From a virus (taxonomy: Duplodnaviria > Caudoviricetes): 62,127 nt of DNA. Positions 56,138 to 62,127 of this stretch are shown here, piece after piece. The DNA is taken from IMG/VR virus record IMGVR_UViG_3300026911_000014, positions 1-62,127 of that record; one strand, given 5' to 3'. The translations under genes were made by a program, and so were the position numbers. How positions within the stretch are numbered: the stretch's first letter is position 1; each line of letters starts with the position of its first letter. The notes beneath the pieces are model-generated. The model made no database searches and was not told where the DNA came from. It saw only the letters and a list, made by a program, of their open reading frames with translations.

Positions 56138-57079
56138 ATGCCAACACCAGCACTTAACCGAGAGTACGAAAAAAGAAAAGAGCGGGCAAAAGAATTGATT
56201 GCAGCGGGCGGATGCGCCGCTATAAAGTATTGGTCCGCAACAGATGCCGAAAGGCTTTGCCCGAAAGAGCATAGCGCGGAGGTGAAATTCGAGCCGCTGG
56301 AGGGGATGGTATATATCTCCGAATGGCTTACCGCTGCAAAAAAGGCCGTCGAATTAATAACCCGCGGAATTTCGCTTTTGGAACCCGTCCCCGCTGAACC
56401 CACCAAAGAGTCCCAGCCACATCCAGAAGATGTGAAGGAGGTGGAGAAGACAGTCCTGAAGATTATGGATGAACACCTTACGCTTGCCGATAGTGTGTTA
56501 TCGTCTGGAGGAAGCATTATCCGTGGTCGGCAAGATGCGGCTAAATATTTAGCTCTTTGGATGACAGGCTTTTGGGCTGCTATGGACGAAGGCGCTGCAC
56601 AATGGGAATCCGATTGTAAGGATGCGCAACGCGAAATAAAAAGGATTATTCATAACGTTTTGAAAGCTCGCGATGCCATTGTTCAAGGCGATAAAGACGA
56701 AGCCTACCACTGGCTATATCAAATCGCTTCCCCACATTTCAATAAAACCTGCCAAGGGGTTTGGACTGAGTTAGAAAAAATGGCGGATTACCAAGGCTCC
56801 ACACCCCATCCCGAACCATCCGAACAGGTTAAAAGCATTTGGGACGCATGGGAGGCATTTGAAAAAGCTAATTTAGAGATGAATCCTGCAAATGCCGAAG
56901 TGCATCCGAATGCGTTACTTGCCAAAAACCACTATATAATTCGACGAGCAGCTTCTGAGCGAGGAGCAAAATGGATGAGAATAGCGTTAGATGAGCGACT
57001 AAAGGAGCAAGAAGATGTTGTTAAACAGTTGAAAGCTAAAGTAAAAGAGCTTCAGGATTGGCACGATAGTCACTGTTAG
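56138..57079 (+). CDS. Mosaic hypothetical protein
   Basis: Modules separated by P-x-x-E-P linkers. Confidence 0.55.
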   Translation: MPTPALNREYEKRKERAKELIAAGGCAAIKYWSATDAERLCPKEHSAEVKFEPLEGMVYISEWLTAAKKAVELITRGISLLEPVPAEPTKESQPHPEDVKEVEKTVLKIMDEHLTLADSVLSSGGSIIRGRQDAAKYLALWMTGFWAAMDEGAAQWESDCKDAQREIKRIIHNVLKARDAIVQGDKDEAYHWLYQIASPHFNKTCQGVWTELEKMADYQGSTPHPEPSEQVKSIWDAWEAFEKANLEMNPANAEVHPNALLAKNHYIIRRAASERGAKWMRIALDERLKEQEDVVKQLKAKVKELQDWHDSHC

Positions 57080-57088
57080 TTATTAAAC

Positions 57089-57349
57089 ATGAAAAAATAT
57101 TTTCCTTTTCTATTCTTACTTATTGTATTCTGTGGGGAAGGGTGTTTATCCGCATCGGATAAATACTTGGATGAAAGCGGTAAGTATAGCGAGTTATCTT
57201 CTAGCGCTTATTATGCAGCTAAGGTGGCCAAGACATCGGAAGATTTTAAATACTTCGATTCGTTATCACGTGTTTACGATTCTATACGGTTGGTTTATTG
57301 GAAAAAGTATGATACAGCAACTTGGGAAGAAAGAAAACTAAAAAGATGA
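57089..57349 (+). CDS. Small secreted protein / lipoprotein
   Basis: MKKYFPFLFLLIVFCGEGC; three D-S/T-hydrophobic sequons. Confidence 0.55.
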   Translation: MKKYFPFLFLLIVFCGEGCLSASDKYLDESGKYSELSSSAYYAAKVAKTSEDFKYFDSLSRVYDSIRLVYWKKYDTATWEERKLKR

Positions 57350-59064
57350 AAAACTATTTGCCAGTCTTATTTTTGTTGATACTCTCTTGCGCTAGTACGC
57401 AGTCAACAACTACTTGTCCTACGCCAACTAGTGTACATGATACTGTGTATAAGGATAAGTTGGTTATAGATAGCATCCCATACCCAGTAGATAGCTTTGT
57501 GTATGTTCAATTACCACCCATCCATGATTCATTTACGAGGGTACTACAAGTCGATACCAATAAGCCCTACGTACTCTTATACCCAGATCCATCCGGAGAC
57601 AGCTACTCCATGCTTCAGACGGCCATAGATAACTATATCAACCAAACAGCAGGGTGGCCATATCTTACCGCAGGAGAGTATAGGTACTCTCGCCCATTAA
57701 TATGGGCGAAGATCGTTAACGGGGATTATGTACAAGTAAGCCCTCACATGGAGGGGCCGCAGTTTGCCAAAAATACCCCATATCAGTACGTGGCTCATTT
57801 GATCCCAATGTATAATAATGGTTTCGCGATGGCAGTGCAAAAAGGAAAAGGAGGGAAGATTGCTAATTTGGAATTAGATGGCCCTTTTGCCTATTTGGCC
57901 AGCCTTACTCCCATGCAAATTTGTACGTACTTATTAGATCAATGGAATGATGGAAGTACATCGATAAATAGGACTGCTTCTAGCTCCGCGATCGTCATAG
58001 ATCCATTTAGCCCTCCCTCGGCGTTTGATGGAGTTATCTGTAAGATGTACCACGGCTTAGAAGCAAACTATTTGCCCACAATGAGTAGTGGGGGAAGTAC
58101 AGCCATTAAAATAATTGGTTGTGCTGCTAAACAGTTTGCTGTAGGTTACCTGATTGGGGGAGGCTTCCAGCAGAACGGGGAAGAGATAGATATAACCGAT
58201 TGTGCTGCTCAAAATTGTATTTCCGCGGTAGCGAACACGAGTGCTCAGGGTAAAACCAACACGATCGATAGGATGCAAATATGGGGTAATGTGCATACTA
58301 TCATCGACTGTGCTAATTGGGGAGGACCAGGAAGGGCAGGAACGGTTCCGATAGTGAATATCATGAATATAGGTGGAGTGAACCATGAGTTAATATATGC
58401 GACTACAGCGCTATTCTCTGCCAATCTTAAAGGGATATTGTGCGATCCAGCAGCGCTATTTAAGGTGGGCTTTTGTAGTGGGGTGACAGGCACCCAGTTT
58501 GATGGGGCGCAAATAGATTTCGACAATTCATACGCAGGCCAACGTCTACCAGCCCCAGACTGCCCCTATTATGGGTATAACACCGTATGGAGATCATCTA
58601 CGGTTAGGTTATATGTCCAAAATGGATCGTATGCAAGATTTGTGTGGAATAGCCCTTTTAATGTCTTTGATGGTGGATGTATAAGCGTACAGCCGGCGAT
58701 TGATCATGCCAATCCTCCTGTTTTCACCCGCACTCAGTTGTTCTATAAAAACCCATTTTTTAGCGACACTTCTGGAAGCTATGATACCATCCTATATCCC
58801 ACTAGAGATAGCGTTCAAGTGGTAATGGATACAACCACATATACCGGGTATGTATTAGGGTTACAGCTGGGATCTATTCAGTATGGAGACATCATGCTGA
58901 CACAAGCCCCTTACATGGAATACAAAGAAAACCTTCCTAAATACAACATGCAAACTCAGGTAGGTTATCCAACAAGCATATCGGGAGATACCACCTTTTT
59001 TATCAGAGGCGGATGGGGGATTCGAACTGGAACGTACTATATAAATGTTAGTCGGTTAAAATAA
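57346..59064 (+). CDS. Lipoprotein with a pectate-lyase-like / tailspike-like beta-helix
   Basis: MKNYLPVLFLLILS/C lipobox; DSYSMLQTAID...YLTAGEYR entry motif of right-handed beta-helices. Confidence 0.65.
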   Translation: MKNYLPVLFLLILSCASTQSTTTCPTPTSVHDTVYKDKLVIDSIPYPVDSFVYVQLPPIHDSFTRVLQVDTNKPYVLLYPDPSGDSYSMLQTAIDNYINQTAGWPYLTAGEYRYSRPLIWAKIVNGDYVQVSPHMEGPQFAKNTPYQYVAHLIPMYNNGFAMAVQKGKGGKIANLELDGPFAYLASLTPMQICTYLLDQWNDGSTSINRTASSSAIVIDPFSPPSAFDGVICKMYHGLEANYLPTMSSGGSTAIKIIGCAAKQFAVGYLIGGGFQQNGEEIDITDCAAQNCISAVANTSAQGKTNTIDRMQIWGNVHTIIDCANWGGPGRAGTVPIVNIMNIGGVNHELIYATTALFSANLKGILCDPAALFKVGFCSGVTGTQFDGAQIDFDNSYAGQRLPAPDCPYYGYNTVWRSSTVRLYVQNGSYARFVWNSPFNVFDGGCISVQPAIDHANPPVFTRTQLFYKNPFFSDTSGSYDTILYPTRDSVQVVMDTTTYTGYVLGLQLGSIQYGDIMLTQAPYMEYKENLPKYNMQTQVGYPTSISGDTTFFIRGGWGIRTGTYYINVSRLK

Positions 59065-59085
59065 AAAGCCACAAATCCTTTACTG

Positions 59086-59250
59086 TTAAATACACAGCAG
59101 TATCATCTCTAAAAATAGCACCACCAATCCCGAATTAATTGCCATCTTCCAAAGTTGATTATTGATTTCTATTCCTTCCTTCACAGCAGCTTCTAATCTA
59201 TTCATTTCCTCATAGAAATTATCTGATAGAGGATCTATTGACTGATTCAT
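59086..59250 (-). CDS. Small membrane-anchored hypothetical protein (54 aa)
   Basis: Read manually: MNQSIDPL...VVLFLEMILLCI. Confidence 0.35.
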   Translation of the reverse strand: MNQSIDPLSDNFYEEMNRLEAAVKEGIEINNQLWKMAINSGLVVLFLEMILLCI

Positions 59251-59476
59251 TTTCAAGTATTTTAGATGATGTAATAAGTTTAGCAGCCGCCATATAGTCG
59301 CCTCGGGCGGCCTCTAAAATGACCTCAGCTTCTGAGTCGCCGTTGGCTACAGCCTTTTTAAGGGAGTCAGCAATGGCCCGTTCTTGTGATCCATCGAAGC
59401 CATTGAAGACAGCCTCCATCATAGTGCGTGATTGGCTTAAAGTCATAATTGACTGCATGTAAGGTGTTCTTTCCAT
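59219..59476 (-). CDS. Hypothetical protein
   Basis: ORF with an A-rich leader. Confidence 0.55.
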   Translation of the reverse strand: MERTPYMQSIMTLSQSRTMMEAVFNGFDGSQERAIADSLKKAVANGDSEAEVILEAARGDYMAAAKLITSSKILENESVNRSSIR

Positions 59477-59497
59477 AACGTTTATTTTTTTAATTTA

Positions 59498-59889
59498 TTA
59501 ATCCATCGACTGTACCATATCATCAGAAACTTGGAAGCAAGATATTTTATCTATGCAATCCTCCAAAAAAACAATGATGCTGCTTTTGTTGACTCTAGGA
59601 CTGAATACCTTAACGATGGTATGTTTGTCCTCATTCAAATGCTTCCATACGGGCACATTCCATTTGTCGAATTGTCCGTAATCTTCAATCTTGTTGAAGA
59701 TTACAACCTTTGAGGTGGAAATTTAAAAGTTACCATTTGCATATAGGCCATATACTTTGAGAGACTATAGTCCCCACTGGAATATCCGGTTACTACTTGT
59801 TGTTGCGCATCAGACAATGCCTTTTGGGCATTAACTTTTGTTTTGAGGGGTCTATTCTCTTTTGGAGGAAGAATTTTTTTGTATTTCAT
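59498..59889 (-). pseudogene. Frameshifted hypothetical gene
   Basis: ORF 59701-59889 continues in the -1 frame as ISTSKVVIFNKIEDYGQFDKWNVPVW...QSMD* down to 59498. Confidence 0.5.
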
Positions 59890-59904
59890 GGCTTTACTTA
59901 TTAG

Positions 59905-60102
59905 CTACCGTTGATAATAGATTGTAGTTGTCAGTCCGTTTGGCTCCTTTGTAGTGCGGCCCTCAACCAAATCAAATGCTTCGAACATTTGCAAGGCTGT
60001 TTTAGTAGTGAGCTTAAAATACTTTCCATCTAGGGTTAAGTAATAATATACCCACTTGCTTCCAATGATTTGTTCTGTTCGTAAGAGGCTATCAAATTTC
60101 AT
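59905..60102 (-). CDS. Hypothetical protein
   Basis: ORF in the minus-strand cluster. Confidence 0.5.
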   Translation of the reverse strand: MKFDSLLRTEQIIGSKWVYYYLTLDGKYFKLTTKTALQMFEAFDLVEGRTTKEPNGLTTTIYYQR

Positions 60103-60109
60103 ATAACTG

Positions 60110-60271
60110 TTAATTAAATGATTGAGTTAAATTAATGTCGTATTTGTAGCGCTCCCATAGAATGGTTTCTACGCGATTTATGTATGATTTCTTTTTTTGC
60201 AAGTTATATTCTCCTATACAGCGCATGTCATACAGTTCATACCAAAGGAAGCATCGGTCATTCTTTTCCAT
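60110..60271 (-). CDS. Hypothetical protein (53 aa)
   Basis: Read manually: MEKNDRCFLWYELYD...; overlaps the end of the HTH gene. Confidence 0.35.
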   Translation of the reverse strand: MEKNDRCFLWYELYDMRCIGEYNLQKKKSYINRVETILWERYKYDINLTQSFN

Positions 60272-60429
60272 ATCTTAACTGGCTTTTCTCCTAGTTTAGA
60301 GGCAATTTCTTCATAAGTCATCGGACCATACTCTTTTAAGCAGTTAGCTATTTTTAGATACATAGCTTTGATGTCTCTTTGATCTAGGCTATGATAAGCA
60401 TCTATGCTGGTTTGCACTTTCTTTTTCAT
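60214..60429 (-). CDS. Winged-HTH protein, possibly C-terminally truncated
   Basis: TSIDAY...GPMTYEEIASKLG...IWKRMTD. Confidence 0.55.
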   Translation of the reverse strand: MKKKVQTSIDAYHSLDQRDIKAMYLKIANCLKEYGPMTYEEIASKLGEKPVKIWKRMTDASFGMNCMTCAV

Positions 60430-60784
60430 TATGTTTATTTTCTAGTTCATTAAATATAAATGGTAAGCAAAGTTGATTAGGGTCATCTGGGAAATTGGGT
60501 GGTGGATCAATGATATTTCCATCATCATCGTAACCCCAATCCCAATTCTTCCATGCGGTGCATTTGGGTTTTCCATCATCCCCGAATACCCATTCAGATG
60601 GGTATTCTTTGTCGTTTAATTCGTACACAATGGAATAACTTAGAATTTTACATGGAGGGTCTTCTGACTTATGAGTATGTTCGTATTTTCCATGAATACA
60701 ATTGCGGCACCATTTATTTATAAACCAATCACCTTCGGACCAATTAGAAGGTCTGTATTTTTGGAATTGCCTTTCTTCACTCAT
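60389..60784 (-). CDS. Cys-containing conserved phage protein
   Basis: YRPSNWSEG.WF..KWCRNC...C.IL...C; DDPNQL.LPF tail. Confidence 0.6.
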   Translation of the reverse strand: MSEERQFQKYRPSNWSEGDWFINKWCRNCIHGKYEHTHKSEDPPCKILSYSIVYELNDKEYPSEWVFGDDGKPKCTAWKNWDWGYDDDGNIIDPPPNFPDDPNQLCLPFIFNELENKHNEKESANQHRCLS

Positions 60785-60823
60785 TATTTATGGATTAATC
60801 TTTTAATGATCCTATTCAGTTTT

Positions 60824-61060
60824 CTATTCTGTATCCTCTCCGGAGGAATGCCCCGGACAACCGGTTATATAATCAAACCCTTCGCATTCTCCAACAGGGA
60901 ACAATTTTTTACCTTCTGCCAACATTTGAGCAAGCATTTCCCTCGCTTCAATATTTCCTAATACCCTTCCATTTTCATCTTCAAACATTCCTTTAAGAGA
61001 CTTTCTTTTCCATTTATCTCCTAAAATACCAGCAATGTTTATGGTCATGTGACGCATCAT
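60824..61060 (-). CDS. Hypothetical protein
   Basis: Likely start at 61060; ends CEGFDYITGCPGH. Confidence 0.55.
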   Translation of the reverse strand: MMRHMTINIAGILGDKWKRKSLKGMFEDENGRVLGNIEAREMLAQMLAEGKKLFPVGECEGFDYITGCPGHSSGEDTE

Positions 61061-61082
61061 GAATGTAAAGTAAAAAATAGTT

Positions 61083-61113
61083 TTTGATATTGCCAAATCT
61101 TTCTTTACATTTG
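61083..61113 (+). promoter_or_regulatory. Consensus Bacteroidota promoter in a divergent intergenic region
   Basis: TTTG (61083-61086), 19 nt spacer, TACATTTG (61106-61113); ATG 5 nt downstream. Confidence 0.7.
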
Positions 61114-61118
61114 TTGGC

Positions 61119-61289
61119 ATGGAGCAAAGGGACAATAACAAAAACCTTAACATACGGCCAGACAAGCATAACCCAGATATGATTACCAATCTGAGAAAAT
61201 TGGCTGAAGTTGATGGAAGAACAGTAAATAACTACGTGGTTAGACTGCTATCTTCTCATATTAAGCGAAACATAAATAAGTTAAAGTAA
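61119..61289 (+). CDS. Arc/RHH-family repressor (56 aa)
   Basis: KNLNIR...LRKLAEVDGRTVNNYVVRLL; read manually. Confidence 0.65.
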   Translation: MEQRDNNKNLNIRPDKHNPDMITNLRKLAEVDGRTVNNYVVRLLSSHIKRNINKLK

Positions 61290-61295
61290 TTCACA

Positions 61296-61553
61296 ATGGG
61301 GTATACGACTTTGAAAGGGGGAAAGATAGTAATATGGACATCGAAGATCTTCGTTGCTGATCCATGGCCCCATCACGATGATGGACAAAATCACACCTTG
61401 TTTTTTAAAAATTTAAAAGGGCCTTCTTTTGGTCGATGTTTAGCTAGGTTAACTGCTTCCGAAAAAATTGATTTCGTTTCTAAAAAACTAGAATTGAATC
61501 CGGATAAGATAGTTCTTAAAACAAGGAGATCTCATTTCAAACAAAAAAAATGA
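61296..61553 (+). CDS. Hypothetical protein
   Basis: ORF within the operon. Confidence 0.5.
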   Translation: MGYTTLKGGKIVIWTSKIFVADPWPHHDDGQNHTLFFKNLKGPSFGRCLARLTASEKIDFVSKKLELNPDKIVLKTRRSHFKQKK

Positions 61554-62083
61554 TTTACCGTAATAATAGTACGATAGCAATAAAAAGGAAACCATGTAGG
61601 TCGTGTGGGAGGGATTCTATTATATTCAGTAAGGGAAGGTGTCAGAATTGCGCCAAGATAGAAGACACCCAAACTAAAATATCTGCTTCCATTATGGAAG
61701 AAGCGGGGCTTCCAGAACTTATTGAAAAACTAGACGAATTAGTGAGTAAGTGGGTTCGGTACAGTAATTTGAACGAACATGATCTATGCGAGTGCTACAC
61801 ATGTGAGAAATGGGATATTCCAAGTTGTATGGATGCTGGGCATTATATTACTAGGGCGTGCATGTATTTAAGATTTGATCTACGAAATATAAAACCACAA
61901 TGCACTCCTTGTAATAGAGGTAGATACGGGATGGCTCCTGAGTTTGGCAAACATCTTGAATTAGACAATCCAGGAATCACCGAAATTCTATTGGATGAAA
62001 GTCAGATCATTCATAAATGGTCAAGAAGTGAACTAGAATCTATGATTGAAGAATATAAAATTAAATTAAAACGACTAAAATAA
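61550..62083 (+). CDS. ninG: NinG/Rap-family recombination endonuclease
   Basis: LDELVSKWVR, CYTC, DAGHY and LRFDLRNIKPQCTPCN. Confidence 0.85.
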   Translation: MIYRNNSTIAIKRKPCRSCGRDSIIFSKGRCQNCAKIEDTQTKISASIMEEAGLPELIEKLDELVSKWVRYSNLNEHDLCECYTCEKWDIPSCMDAGHYITRACMYLRFDLRNIKPQCTPCNRGRYGMAPEFGKHLELDNPGITEILLDESQIIHKWSRSELESMIEEYKIKLKRLK

Positions 62084-62127
62084 TGGCTATTAAAAAAGTT
62101 ACGGTCCATTTCGAAGGAGAATTTCAG
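62083..62127 (+). CDS. Partial CDS, truncated by the window edge
   Basis: TAATG coupling; MAIKKVTVHFEGEFQ... Confidence 0.45.
   Translation, partial: MAIKKVTVHFEGEFQ

Noticed and set aside
1-62127. Stop-codon reassignment as in some crAss-like phages
   Set aside because: Long genes are intact in code 11, TAG and TGA both end genes, and there is no suppressor tRNA.
62100-62127. Circular genome via terminal overlap
   Set aside because: Only 4 nt (tcag) are shared between the ends and the two partial genes do not obviously join.

Overview
The whole window is bacteriophage DNA, cut mid-gene at both ends. It is most likely a podovirus-type phage of a Bacteroidota host, judged from TTTG-N19-22-TAnnTTTG promoters, A-rich leaders without Shine-Dalgarno sites, and signal peptides ending in xQ. 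Gene order: early genes; lambda-style replication (initiator, DnaB, DnaA-C-terminal-like protein); two glycosyltransferases and two methyltransferases; a crAss-like virion block (TerS/TerL, portal, scaffold, capsid, ring proteins, tail stabilisation protein, ejection proteins, lytic transglycosylase) with two free-standing HNH genes and two GroES-like genes; a ~5 kb IS1595-family element carrying passenger genes and structured RNAs; a tail-fibre module; a lysis module with a DUF1906/GH25-like endolysin; a cluster of tRNAs and small structured RNAs; small hypothetical genes, an Arc-like repressor and NinG. No DNA polymerase, RNA polymerase or integrase is visible. The most notable observations are four. 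(1) The tail-fibre-like proteins carry Sec signal peptides and many host O-glycosylation sequons. (2) A circularly permuted histidine phosphatase sits inside the large ejection protein. (3) Hairpins sharing a TTCT loop form an array interleaved with the tRNAs. (4) The IS1595 element has recognisable imperfect terminal inverted repeats around its cargo. All calls were made by eye from motifs and synteny; no searches were run.
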